Position numbers and translations under genes: made by a program. Below, piece by piece: positions 24,279-36,468 of a DNA stretch of 64,000 bases; within the stretch, counting starts at the first letter, position 1; each line of letters opens with the position of its first letter. Origin of the DNA: Octopus sinensis (taxonomy: Eukaryota). The stretch spans positions 53,270,464 through 53,334,463 of the forward strand of contig NC_043011.1 in assembly GCF_006345805.1 (NCBI RefSeq), given 5' to 3'. The notes below the pieces were generated by a model. That model was not told the origin of the DNA and made no database searches. It was given only the letters and a program-made list of their open reading frames with translations.

Positions 24279-25245
24279 GCCAAAGGAAAAGTCAACCTCG
24301 GCGGAATTTTAACTAAAAATGTAAACGCAGACGAAATACTGCTAAGCCTTTAGCCCAGCACCCTTATGTTCCTGCCAGCTCGCTGCCTTATTTTTAAAGT
24401 TTAGTACTTATTCTACTGGTCTCCTTTTTGCAACCCGCTAATGTTACGGGGATGTAAACAAACCAACTCCACTTGTCATGCAGTATTGAGGTCAAAACAC
24501 AAAGATACACATGTGTACACTCACACACATATATATCTCTCCACACACACGCACACACAGGAGGAGAGATCTGCACCAACATGAGTTTGGTCTTTATTTA
24601 TTGTCCCTGAAAGGATAAAAGGCAAAGCGAGATATGACCTCAGGGTGCAGAGAGCTGGAGTAAATATTGCAATGTATTTCATCCATTGTGCTAATGAATG
24701 CCTGTACACAATGTCTGAAATATTATAGTTTAGGGTGGAGCACCTGTAGTGGCACAAGCAGTCAGCACCATATTGGATGAGATTTCACGGCCGCCATTGC
24801 CATCTCCGAGACTGGAGCAAGACCTCACCTGCATCCATTTGCCATGTGTCAGATCACAACAAGGCTCGCAATGGCAAACTGTATATAAGGGCAAAACAGA
24901 ACCAGATTCAATATCTCTCTCCGCTTCTATGTAGCAGCGCTTGCTGAGCACACTTCACTGGCTGGGCCTGTCTGCATGTTGTACCTCCAGAGGCAATGTG
25001 CCTGCACTAATGGAGATACAACACCACTCACACAACTCGAGATGGTTGCTGAGAGCAACGCACTTCACCTGTTCTGTGAAACTTGTAAATAAACTGGTTG
25101 TGAATTGCATTTCTACTTAAAGACTTCTTTCTTCGTCTGCCGGAGCCTGAACTACACAAAGAACAAGATATAATGGGAGAAGGCAATATTCTTCCATTAT
25201 CATAAACCTTGCCTTCCATTATACGCCTTTGGTCATAACTTTCCC

Positions 25246-25520
25246 ATGACTTTCGGAAACACAAAGAGTTGATGAAATATGGAACAAACTGCCGGCATCA
25301 GTTGTTAGTTGTTGGAGCACTGCATCCTTCAAAAAATGCTTCCTGAGATTCACCAACACTACACCTGATTTTCTCCCCTCCATACACACTCAAGCATGTA
25401 TCTGTCTCATACACTGTTCACTTTCCAGACATTTGTACATTACTGCATATGCTTTATATGCACTTTTGACAAGTTGTGGTGCACCTGAGCACTGTATACA
25501 ATAATTTCATTATTATTATT
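25246..25520 (+). mobile_element. CR1/L2-type LINE 3' end with (TAT)n tail
   Basis: HKELMKY/WNKLPASVVSCWSTASFKK motif; the 3'UTR end GCACCTGAGCACTGTATACAATAATTTCATTATT recurs inverted at 30436-30487. Confidence 0.7.
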
Positions 25521-25526
25521 ATTATA

Positions 25527-25581
<55 letters not shown>

Positions 25582-25637
25582 TAGTATTATTATTATTATA
25601 AGCCTGATCAATGAGGTCAGACAAAACAACAACAATA

Positions 25638-25815
25638 TTAGTTTCAAATTTTGGCACAAGGCCAGCAATTCGGAGGGAGGAGTAAGTCAATGACATTGAC
25701 CCCAGTGTTCAAATGGTACTTAATCTATTGACCCTGAAAGGATGAAAGCCAAAGTCAACCCCAGCAGTATTTGAACTCAAAACATAAAGCCAGTAGAAAT
25801 ACCTCTAAGAATTAG
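25638..25815 (-). mobile_element. SINE family B, degraded, tail type 2
   Basis: AAATTTTGGCACAAGGCCAGCAA...GAAAGGATGAAAGCCAAAGTCAACC. Confidence 0.7.
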
Positions 25816-26034
25816 TCAGGTACTGCAAGACTAATAACTAATAACCTGGTGTAGAACTCAATATGAATATGCTTCAGAATGATGTGTTACATGAGTATAG
25901 AGGATTAATAAGAAAAAGAGATGACAAAGGAAGAAGCTATTATCTTATGACAATATATTTGAGGCTCAAATGAAGCTAAAATGTGTTACTCAGCCACTCA
26001 GCTATGAGTCCACTGCGTTTATCTTTCATTTCGT

Positions 26035-26239
26035 ACTTGTTTGAGTTATTAGGCTGCGACCATGCTGGGGCACTGCCTTGTAGAATTTTTCTTGATTGAA
26101 TTGACCCCGAGGCTTATTTTTTAAAAAAATCTAGTACTCATTCTGTCGATCTCTTTTGCTGAAATGCTAAGTTATGGTGACATAAATACACCAACAACAG
26201 TTGTCAAGTAATGATGGAAGACAAATACAAACACAAAGG

Positions 26240-26304
<65 letters not shown>

Positions 26305-26306
26305 CA

Positions 26307-26359
<53 letters not shown>

Positions 26360-26440
26360 GATAGGCTTATTTCAGTTCCTCTCTACCAAGTCCAATCACA
26401 AGACTTAGGTCAGCTCAAAGCTATAGCTGAAATACAGCAG
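26035..26440 (-). mobile_element. SINE family A, older copy with long (CA)n
   Basis: Tail GCGACCATGCTGGGGCACTGCC; body and head are partly recognisable. Confidence 0.7.
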
Positions 26441-26553
26441 GATCCAAAAGAAACCTGCTATATTTGGCTGAAAATATCGCTTTTTGAAGGTCTTGAAATT
26501 TGCAAAAGTCAGAGTACATAATAATGGCTTCTACAAATGTGTGTGTATAAGTG

Positions 26554-26585
<32 letters not shown>

Positions 26586-27048
26586 ATATATCAATCATTT
26601 GGTTGTTTCTTTTTACCAGTGATCCCATGGGTTTTACTTACCTACAAAGGTCAAATCATCAAACCAGTATGAATTCTTTTCTATCACATCATGGAACACT
26701 CCTGTCTATGCTGAATCCCTGAACTGTCACCTCTTGGATCTTTCACAGTTTCCTGCTATGTATATATATGTATATATATATATTGGAAGGTTTAGAGATG
26801 ATGTACAGGTATTTTATATTAGAAGAAATGAGGTACTCAGAAAATCGGATAGTTTATATTTACAGATATTTATTTGTATATTACATGTTTTTATACATCA
26901 TATAACTTAGACCATGTATTAGCGCTTTCTCCCATTCTAGTGGGGTTTTCAAATCAAACTAAGTTCCCGTGTGAAAAGTTTTGACCATTTTATATATATA
27001 TTTACTATCAGTTAAGCTAGTTTTGACCATTTTATATATATATATATA

Positions 27049-27125
27049 CTAGCAGCTAAGCCCGGTTTCACCCGGCCTATTTGGATGATGTGGCTGTGAT
27101 CGTTTTCAGTTAGACATAATCTATA
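27049..27125 (-). mobile_element. Helitron-like 3' end fragment
   Basis: Reverse complement GGCCGGGTGAAACCGGGC hairpin followed by TTAGCTGCTAG|T. Confidence 0.55.
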
Positions 27126-27345
27126 ACAGTGTTTCTCAACCTTATCATTTCGGGTCCTCTGAATCGATTTTCTCGGTAAGTATGGGGGCTAGGAAAAAAA
27201 GTACAAACTGCATTCCAATCTACGCACCCGTCTCCACATGTGTGCCATTTCCCATACGAATCCCCCCAGCCGTTTGGCTGTGAACCTCAAGACAAGAAAG
27301 AATATAACAATTCGCCTATGTCCAATATATATTATAGATATATAT

Positions 27346-27401
<56 letters not shown>

Positions 27402-27640
27402 CTTAGCTGCTTTCTCATATACGAGCAAAGTCATTGCTAGAAAGAATCACTGAAATGAGTCATTGATAATGCAATGTTAGGCCCTTGTATGACTCTTGAG
27501 CCTGGCCAAAGATTTGCACATTCTGTTGCATAATGCACAGCTGTGCTGGTTGGCAGGAGGAACAGGTACCACTGCATGAATTCTTTTGAAATGCCTTTTC
27601 AACCCCTTGAAAAGGCACACTCTTTCACATATTCACATAT
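27402..27640 (-). mobile_element. RTE (BovB-like) 3' fragment with C-terminal C2H2-like zinc knuckles
   Basis: ICERVCLFKGLKRHFKRIH...CALCNRMCKSLARLKSHTRA* followed by the short UTR CTCGTATATGAGAAAGCAGCT and (TA)n; in-frame stop upstream. Confidence 0.65.
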
Positions 27641-27854
27641 TGTATTTATATGTCATTTTCCCTTCAATATGACAATGTTATTTAAATAAGTTATACATTG
27701 ATCTGAAGCCTTGTGACTGCCAGTCAGAATTTTATTGTATTATGCCTATATATGTATATTTATGTCTATCTGTCTGACCATCTGTCTATTTATCAATCCA
27801 CCGAACTATATATATGTATGTGTATATATATAATATATACATATATATATATAT

Positions 27855-28178
27855 TGGCTCAGTGGTTAGAGCGTCGAGCTTACGATCGTGAGGTTGTGAG
27901 CTCGAATCCTGGACCGGGCTGCGTGTTGTGTTCTTGAGCAAGACACTTTATTTCACGTTGCTCCAGTTCACTCAGCTGTAGAAATGAGTTGCGACGTCAC
28001 TGGTGCCAAGCTGTATCGACCTTTGTCTTTCCCTTGGATAACACTGGTGGCGTGGAGAGGGGAGGCCGGTATGCATGGGCGACTACTGGTCTTCCAAAAC
28101 AAACCTGCCCAGACTTGTGCCTCAGAGGGTAACTCTTAGGTGCAACCCATGGTCACTCATGACCGAAGGGGGTCTTTA
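27855..28178 (+). mobile_element. SINE family E (same head and CORE-like domain as D, different tail)
   Basis: TGGCTCAGTGG...CTCGAATCC...TCTTGAGCAAGACACTTTATTTCACGTTGCTCCAG is shared with 16531-16853; the sequence then diverges. Confidence 0.8.
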
Positions 28179-28340
28179 GGGATATATAATATATATATCT
28201 AGATATATATATATATAAATCTTAAAAATAATAAGGGTGTAAGACCATAGGGGGTCGACTTCTAGCATAATGGATGTCCATTTCGTGGTCATCTCTCTTA
28301 TATGTATGTGCGTATATATACATACATATATATATATATA

Positions 28341-28495
28341 CTTTATTTAAAAGCAGCAGACATATAACAAAAGCTATTACTCAGAGTTTCACGTATCCGT
28401 TCGTTGGACTAAATAAAGCATATTACTCTACCTCTGGTATTTGAGTACTCTTTTTTTTCATATTGTTTCACATTTATGTGCTTACTCCGGTATAT
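28341..28495 (-). mobile_element. Penelope-like terminal fragment with a short inverted arm and a hammerhead-like motif
   Basis: Shares GTACTC.AATACCA.AGGTAGAGT.ATA.GCTTT and TTACTCAGAGTTTCAC with 51700-51815. Confidence 0.6.
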
Positions 28496-28681
28496 ATACA
28501 TATATATATATATATATGGGGGTCAGGTTACTCTGTACTTATGTAGAGTAAAAATGTATTATTCTTAAACAAGAAAATTGTTGATTGTGACTTCGAAGTT
28601 TTGGCCAACTAAGCCATTATCGAACCGCTACATGTATATATATATAAATATAGTTTACTCAAGTAAATTGACTTCCATATT

Positions 28682-29119
28682 GGGGCCTCGCTGGCCCCCG
28701 TGCCGGTGGCACATAGCACCATCCGTTCGTGGCCGTTGCCAGCCTCGCCTGGCCCCCATGCCGGTGGCACGTAAAAGCACCATCCTTCGTGGCCATTGCC
28801 AGCCTCGCCTGGCCCCCGTGCCGGTGGCACGTAAAAAGTACCATCCATCCGTGGCCATTTGCCAGCCTCGTCTGGCCCCCGTGCCGGTGGCACGTAAAAA
28901 GCATCATCCGTCCGTGGCCGTTTGCCAGCTCCATCTGGCACCTGTGCGGGTGGCATGTAAAAAGCACCCACTACACTCACGGAGTGGTTGGCGTTAGGAA
29001 GGGCATCCAGCCGTAGAAAAATTGCCAGATCAGACTGGGCCTGGTGCAGCCTTCTGGCTTCACAGACCCCAGTTGAACCGTCCAACCCATGCTAGCATGG
29101 AAAGCGGACGCTAAATGAT
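28682..29119 (+). mobile_element. RTE 3'UTR fragment (4-5 VNTR units and tail)
   Basis: Same unit and tail as 9267-10075. Confidence 0.9.
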
Positions 29120-29280
29120 GATGATGATGATGATGATGATATGAACACACACATACACACTTGCAGATGTTGTCCTGATTTTATGCCAGTTTGATTTGTG
29201 TTGATTGACAATAATGTCACTTTGAAATTTGCCCAAGTTTGTCATATATGTACACTGTTGTACCATTGGCATTATTTCAG

Positions 29281-29396
29281 CTTGTCACCACAAACTTCCC
29301 TGCTTTTATGACAGTCTCAAGAATGCAGAGAAAATAAAACATTCAATGCAGCATGCTACCAAAAATAAGTGGGAAACGAGGGAATTTATTCTCATG
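29281..29396 (+). CDS. Candidate internal coding exon of an unidentified host gene
   Basis: Acceptor CATTATTTCAG, donor ATG|GTAAAT, one open frame (CHHKLPCFYDSLKNAEKIKHSMQHATKNKWETREFILM), non-repetitive sequence; no protein recognised. Confidence 0.4.
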
Positions 29397-29434
29397 GTAA
29401 ATTTCTGAAGCAAATCCTTTTTACTTTTCCATCT

Positions 29435-29625
29435 CTTATTTCTTTCAGTCATTTGACAGTGGCCATGCTGGGGCACTGCCTTGACGAGTTTAGTCTAGTA
29501 AATTGACTTTGGTACTTATTTGTTAAAGCTTGGAACTTTTTGCTGAACCACTAAGTTACAAGGTTGTACACAAACTAATGCTGGCTGTCAAGCAGTGGTG
29601 GGGGGACAAACACAAACATAGAGAC
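29435..29625 (-). mobile_element. SINE family A, 3' half, degraded
   Basis: TTTCAGTCATTTGACAGTGGCCATGCTGGGGCACTGCC...GTCAAGCAGTGGTGGGGGACAAAC. Confidence 0.7.
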
Positions 29626-29698
29626 CCACACATATATATACATATATACATACATACATACATACATACATGCATGCATGCATACATACATACACACA

Positions 29699-29732
<34 letters not shown>

Positions 29733-30151
29733 CATACATATTTGGTTAAAAAGAGACGATGAGCGATGGCTAGAAGTATATTGAGTTCTTCATAACCAGC
29801 TGATCTAGCAAGCGGGGCCTCATATCAGTGAGGGGGGCTGGTGTGCATTGATGCCATCGAGAGGTAGGCCCCGAAACAGCGCGCATTCTCTCCTGATGAC
29901 CCCATACATTGGTAGCACTTGCATGTGCAAGTTGTTTGCAGGACATGCTTGCATACATACTATAACAAGGTTCAGTTGAATGGAGTGCTTAAAGGTGAGG
30001 CACTTAGATCGGAATAAAATGCACAAATAACAATTATAGATGAATACCAACCATGGTTCAGAAGTACTGGCAGAATGATATTCAGGTAATGCATGCAGTT
30101 AAACTGGACCCGACTGAGTATATAATTCGCTCTTGAGCTATTCAGACATGT

Positions 30152-30152
<1 letters not shown>

Positions 30153-30192
<40 letters not shown>

Positions 30193-30432
30193 TATCATCG
30201 TTTAATGTCCGCTTCCCATGCTAGCATGGGTTGGACGATTTGACTGAGGGCTGGCGAACCAGATGGCTGCACCAGGCTCCAATCTTGATCAGGCAGAGTT
30301 TCTACAGATGGATGCCCTTCCTAACGCCAACCACTCCATGAGTGTAGTGGGTGCTTTTTACGTGCCACTTACAGGTGCCAGACAAGGCTGGCAAACGGCC
30401 ACGATCGGATGGTGCTTTTTATGTGCCACCAT
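30153..30432 (-). mobile_element. RTE 3'UTR fragment with tail
   Basis: (CAT)n then CCCATGCTAGCATGGGTTGGACG...GATGCCCTTCCTAACGCCAACCACTCC. Confidence 0.85.
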
Positions 30433-30483
30433 ATATATAACAAAATAATAATGAAATTATTGTATACAGTGCTCAGGTGCACC

Positions 30484-30524
<41 letters not shown>

Positions 30525-30525
30525 A

Positions 30526-30827
30526 TTTCGCCCTTTTCAAACCTAGCCAGGCTCATGGGCCCGGTCTCCTGGTTTCTATGGCATATGTGTTCCCCCCAAC
30601 TGGACACGACGCCAGTCCATCGCAGCATTACTGAAGAAACAGGAAGAGAGAGTGAGAGAAAGCTGTGGTGTAAGAGTACAACAGGGGTCACCACCTACCC
30701 CTGCCAGAGCCTCGTGGAGCTTTTAGGTGCTTTCGCCCAATAAACACACACAACGCCCGGTCTGGGAATCGAAACCGCAATCCTCTGACTGCGAGTCTGC
30801 TGCCCTAACCACTGGGCCACTGCGCCT

Positions 30828-30831
<4 letters not shown>
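30526..30831 (-). mobile_element. SINE family F
   Basis: tRNA-like head GTGGAGGCGCAGTGGCCCAGTGG...GTTTCGATTCCC; body TGCGATGGACTGGCGTC; homologous to 41730-42040. Confidence 0.85.
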
Positions 30832-30870
<39 letters not shown>

Positions 30871-30972
30871 CATATATTAGAAAGCATGAACAGGCAAAAC
30901 ATGTGGAATCACTTTAGAGCATGTTCATGCCAAAGCTTTTACAAGTAAACCAATCTGAGCATTTATTGTATA

Positions 30973-31350
30973 CTAGCAGTATCGCCCGGCGTTGCTCAGG
31001 TTTGTAAGGGAAATAACTATAAAGCATTTTTAGAGAGTTATAGCCAAAAAATAGCAAAAAAAATGGAAAAAAATGATGGTAAAATTTTTTTTTGATAGTT
31101 AAAAAAGGTGGATTTGCGTCCCCTACACATTTGTGGTTTGTGTTCCTGATTCTCGACCCCATGTCGAATTTATCGATTTTTTCAGAACTGGGGGAACTTT
31201 TCAAATTTTCGCTGCGTTAGTTTTGAATTATGACATTGGGCTATGTGTGTGTCAAGTTTCATCAGAATCGTTTGAAAAGCCATGGTCAGGGTGAGGGACA
31301 AACCTGACAGACAACACAGAAACACGCACGACAAACTGCCGTTTTATATT
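30973..31350 (-). mobile_element. Non-autonomous Helitron-like element
   Basis: Reverse complement ends CCTGAGCAACGCCGGGCGATACTGCTAG|T, as at 1993-2020; the 5' part reads ATATAAAACGGCAGTTTGTCG. Confidence 0.7.
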
Positions 31351-31406
31351 GTGCCCTTCGATATACAATTTTATGTGTACTCTGTCTCTCTTTCTCTTTA
31401 TCTTGG

Positions 31407-31437
<31 letters not shown>

Positions 31438-31477
31438 GATATATGTGTTATATGTGATATGATACATATATATATTA

Positions 31478-31522
<45 letters not shown>

Positions 31523-31713
31523 TATAATATATGTACCAAATATATACGTTCATTTATTATTTTGCACATTACTTAATTAATCATCGTTATATGTTTTTAT
31601 CTTATATTTAATCTTTCTCTATAAGATGTAATTTTTTCTAAATGTATAATTTTATTTTTTCATTAGGATGATAAGGTGTTTTTTTTTTAGTATAGATCTA
31701 TATATATATATAA

Positions 31714-31749
<36 letters not shown>

Positions 31750-31873
31750 TATACTTATATTATACTTTGTGAAATTTTTGATTTAGTATTTCTAAATTGA
31801 ATTTTTCCCTGTATGTTTAGAATATTCCCTCATATTATGATTATTATTAATCATATAAATACTATCTATATAT

Positions 31874-34800
31874 ATCATCATCATCATCATCGTTTACGTC
31901 CGCTTTCCATGCTAGCATGGGTTGGACGGTTCAACTGGGGTCTGGCAAGCCCGAAGCTGCACCAGGCCAGTCAGATCTGGCAGTGTTTCTACAGCTGGAT
32001 GCCCTTCCTAACGCCAACCACTCCGAGAGTGTAGTGGGTGATTTTTGTGCCACCGACCAGGTGCCAGACGAGGCTGGCAGACGGCCACGCTCGGATGGTG
32101 TTTTTTATGTGCCACCGGCACAGGTGCCAGACGAGGCTGGCTGACGGCCACGCTCGGATGGTGTTTTCTTATGTGTCACCGACACAGGTGCCAGACGGGG
32201 CTGGCGGACGGCCACGCTCGGATGGTGTTTTGTTATGTGCCCTCAGCACGGAGGCCAGTCGTTGCGGTACTGGCTACGATCACGTTCGGATGGTTTTCTT
32301 ATGTGCCACCGGCACTGGTACCACAAGGATACAAATTCCATTGATGTTCATCTATTTTGATTTGGTTCGATTTGATTTGATTTGATTCGATCGATTCTCA
32401 CTTGCCTCAACAGGTCTTCACAAGTGTCACAAGAAGGAAGGTATGCACAGGTGGACTGACTACGTCCCAGGTAGGGGCCACGGATTATGGCTTCACTAGT
32501 CTTGCTGGGTCTTCTCACGCACAGCATACTTCCATAGGTCTCGGTCTCTAGTCATTTCCATGGTGAGACCTAACGTCCGAAGGTCGTGCTTCACCACTTC
32601 GTCCCAGGTTTTCCTGGGTCTACTCTTCCACGGGGTTCCCTCAACTGCTAGGGATTGGCACTTTCTCACACACCTATCTTCATCCATTCTCGCCACATGA
32701 CCATACCAGCGCAATCGTCTCTCTTGCACACAACAACTGATGCTTCTTAGGTACAACATTTCTCTCAAGGTACTAACGCTCTGTCGAGTAAGTACACTGA
32801 CATTACACATCCATCGGAGCATACTGGCTTCGTTCCTCACAAGCTTACGCATGTCCTCAGCAGTCACGGCCCATGTTTCACTGCCATGTAGCATAGCTGT
32901 TCGTACACATGCATCATACAGTCTGCCTTTTACTCTGAGCGAGAGGCCTTTAGTCACCAGCAGAGGTAAGAGCTCCCTAAACTTTGCCCAGGCTATTCTT
33001 ATTCTAGCAGTTACACTTTCAGCGCACCCGCCCCCACTACTGACTTGGTCACCTAGATAGCGGAAGCTATCAACTACTTCTAGTTTTTCCCCCCCGGAAA
33101 GTGACGGAAGTTGTTTTCTTCTGCAGATTTTCGGAGGTCAATGCTCCAGAGCATCTGCCACATACAAAAACTATCTTCCCAGTTAGCCTACCTTTGACAT
33201 TGCTGCACCTCTTATGTGTCCATAGCTTACACTGGGTACATCTTATAGAGTTTCTACCTACACCTTTTCTACAGATCGAGCAGGGCCATCTTCCTGAGGA
33301 TATTTGTGGTATTTTCTAACTTCTACTTATTAGTACTTTGGTTTTAGCTAGGTTGACTCTAAGGCCCCTCGATTCTAAACCTCCTTCCACACCTGGAACT
33401 TCTCCTCCAGTTCTGATAGTGACTCAGCGAATTAGAGCGAGGTCGTCAGCATAGAGGAGCTCCCAGGGCCACCCTGTCTTGAATTCCTCACAATTGCCTG
33501 GAGGACTATGATAAATAGGAGGGGGCTGAGTACTGAACCCTGGTGGACCCCAACCTCTCCTTGAATTCTTCTGTGTACATGCTGCCAACTCTAACCTTAC
33601 TTACGGCATCTCTGTACATGGCTTGCACAGCCCTCACCAGCCATTCATCTATCCCTAGTTTCCTCATTGACCACCAGATGAGGGATCGGGGACCCTATCA
33701 AAGGCTTTCTCCATGTCAACGAAAGCCAGGTACAGGGGCTTATCTTTGGCTAGGTATTTCTCCTGCAGCTGCCTTACCAGGAATATAGCATCAGTGGTGC
33801 TTTCCCTGGGACAACCCAAACTGCATCTCATCTAAACTAACTCTCTCTCTAATTAGTTGGGCTATGACCCTCTCCGTAACCTTCATTACCTGATCCAACA
33901 GCTTGATACCTCTGTAATTATTTGTATCCAGGGCATCACCTTTACCTTTGTAGCAGTTGACTAGTATGCTGCTACACCAGTCATTGGGTATGACTCCTTC
34001 GTGTATCACCTGTTGACTATACGGGTGACTAGGTTATAGCCGACACTGCCAGATATTTTGAGCATCTCTGCATAATTCCTGATGGGCCTGGGGCTTTCCC
34101 TGTCTTCATGCTTCTAATTGCCTAGCTACCACGGAACTATCAACTCGGATAGCTGGTCCCTCTGTTGGGTCAACATTCGGCAGACTCTCTTTATCCCTTT
34201 CATTTTCTTTATTCAGCAACCTTTCATAGTGGCATCTCCAAACCTCTCTCTTTGCATCCTCATTTAGCGCAAGTGAACCATCATCCATGCGAACACACTT
34301 CTCTCCTACCACATCACGATTCTCTCTCACACACTGTCTTGCAACACGAAATACCTCAAGTCTTTCATCCTCACGGCTCAGAACATTGGCAAATTTTTCT
34401 TATCCGCTTCCCCTCTGGCTAAATAAACCTGTCTCCTAGCTTCCCTTTTGGCTGTCTGATACAATTCCCTGCTACCACCGTTCTTCCAGTCCTTCCAAGC
34501 CTGTCTCTTTTGTCTAATAGCCCTGTCAACCACAGTGTTCCACCACCATGTTACTCTGGGTCGAGATGGTACTTTGCTCCATCCACAGATCTGGTCAGTG
34601 GCTGTCAGCAGATTGTCCCGTAGGAATCTCCAGTTGTCTTCCACATTAAGTGAAGCTATATCCCCTCTATTTCGTCAGAGGCTTCGAGTAGTATGTCTCT
34701 AAATCTCTGTCCATTTGCAGGATCTTTAAGCTTCCAGACCCTTCTCCTCCAAGCTGGTCTTCTTCTGGGCAACCATTTAGCTCTGATCCTGAAGTCGCTA

Positions 34801-34970
34801 ACTACTAATCTATGTTGGGGAGTACATTCTTCGCCTGGGAAGGTTTTGGCATTTATAATCAGCCCTCTTTCCCTTTTTCTGGCAAGGATGTAGTCAATCT
34901 GGCTGGTGTGTCTGCCAGAACGGTAGGTGACTAGGTGAGAGGTGGGTTTCCTGAAGTGGGTATTGCAGAC
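31874..34970 (-). mobile_element. 5'-truncated, frameshifted RTE LINE (APE endonuclease C-terminus, RT, 3'UTR, tail)
   Basis: ORF pieces NTHFRK...TYRSGRHTSQIDYIL...HRLVVSDF; IPNDW...YKGKGD...NYRGIKLL; PWELLYADDL (~33440-33465); FRYLGD; C-terminus 32496-32957. Confidence 0.95.
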
Positions 34971-34971
34971 C

Positions 34972-35020
<49 letters not shown>

Positions 35021-35029
35021 TTTATATAT

Positions 35030-35060
<31 letters not shown>

Positions 35061-35114
35061 CTATATCTATATATATATATATATATATAAATATATGCAC
35101 ATATATATATATAT

Positions 35115-35144
<30 letters not shown>

Positions 35145-35145
<1 letters not shown>

Positions 35146-35300
35146 GATGGGCTTCTTTCAAGTTCCATCTGCCAAATATCCCACAAGACTTGGTTCAGTC
35201 CCAGGCTGACCAAAGACACTTGCTCAAGGTTCCATGCAGTGGGACTGAACCCCAAACCACATGATTGGGAAGTGGGAAGCAAGTCTCTCAACTGCACAGC
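35145..35300 (-). mobile_element. SINE family A head fragment
   Basis: AAGACACTTGCTCAAGGTTCCATGCAGTGGGACTGAACCC. Confidence 0.7.
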
Positions 35301-35574
35301 CGTGTTTGAACCTACGAATGGAGAGATTATAAAGATCCGTGAGTTGAAGAGGACCTGAAGCCGGAAAGCATTCATTTGAATTGAGCAATCATTTGTGCTA
35401 AGACAAATGTCTTGTTTTGATGAACTGAAGGAAAAAGAAGGTGAAGACGAAGCGTTTGGCTGATTGCAGAGGCTGCGAGAGAGTCAGGCTAAACGTTGCA
35501 GTGTTAAGATGGCTTCAAACTGACATTATTGGCAATTAGCAAGAATCAAATTGGCATAAAATCGCACACACAGC

Positions 35575-35688
35575 TTGTGCGTATGCGCATGTGTGAGTGT
35601 GAGTGTGTATGCGTGTGTGTGTGTGTGTGTGTATGTTTGCATGTGTATGTTTGTGTGTGTGTGTGTGTGTTTGTGTGTGTGTTGTATG

Positions 35689-35721
<33 letters not shown>

Positions 35722-35893
35722 TTGCGTGTGTTTGCAAGAGTGTGTGTTTGCGTGTGTGTCTGTGTATGTATGTGTGTGTGTTTGCGTGTGTGTCTGTGTG
35801 TGTCAAGGTGTGTTTGCATGTGTGTGTGTGTGTTTGCATGTGTGTGTGTGTATGTGTGTTTGCGTGTGTGTGTGAGTGTGTGCTTGTGTTTGC

Positions 35894-35925
<32 letters not shown>

Positions 35926-36298
35926 TTGCGTGTGTGTCAAGGTGTGTGTCAAGGTGTGTTTGCATGTGTGTGTGTGTGTTTGCATGTGTGGTGTGTATGT
36001 GTGTTTGCGTGTGTGTGTGAGTGTGTGCTTGTGTTTGCAGTGTGTGTGTGTGTGTTGTGTGTGTGTGTGTGTGTATGCGTGTGTGTGTGTGTGGTTTGCA
36101 TGTGTGTGTGTGTGTCAAGGTGTGTCTGTTTGCATGTGTGTGTGTTTGCATGTGTGTGTGTATGTGTGTTTGCATGTGTGTGTGAATGTGTGCTTGCGTG
36201 TGTGTGTGTGCGTGTGTATGTGTGTGTTTGCATGTGTGTGTGTGTTTGCGTGTGTGTGTGTGTGTGTGTTTGCGTGTATGTGTGTGTGTGTGTGTATC
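35575..36298. repeat. Imperfect (TG)n with internal sub-repeats (GTCAAGGTGTG, TTTGCATG)
   Basis: Direct inspection. Confidence 0.95.
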
Positions 36299-36299
36299 A

Positions 36300-36468
36300 G
36301 ATATCAAGTGTGGATTATCAAAGCAGTCAAAGAATTCCTTGCAGATTTCCAAGCCATCAATTCAGAATTGCAATCATCTGAAGATCTCACTTTCAATGTT
36401 GCTGAGACAAGGTTATATTACAAGAGAATGTCATCAAGTTCCTTTCTTACCATTGAAAAACAATTTGC
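36300..36468 (+). pseudogene. Tigger/pogo transposase DDE-region fragment
   Basis: AVKEFLADFQAI...LTFNVAETRLYYKRMSSSSFLTIEK resembles 'IFNVDETGLYWKRMPSRTF...EK'. Confidence 0.6.

Noticed and set aside
24730-25264. ORFs 24749-24934 and 25028-25264
   Set aside because: No family motif; possibly decayed LINE sequence upstream of the CR1-type end, but not demonstrable.
27126-27145. hAT-like TIR words (CAGTGTTTCTCAACC; also GTTGGGAATCACTG at ~13737)
   Set aside because: Single short matches with no paired TIR or TSD.
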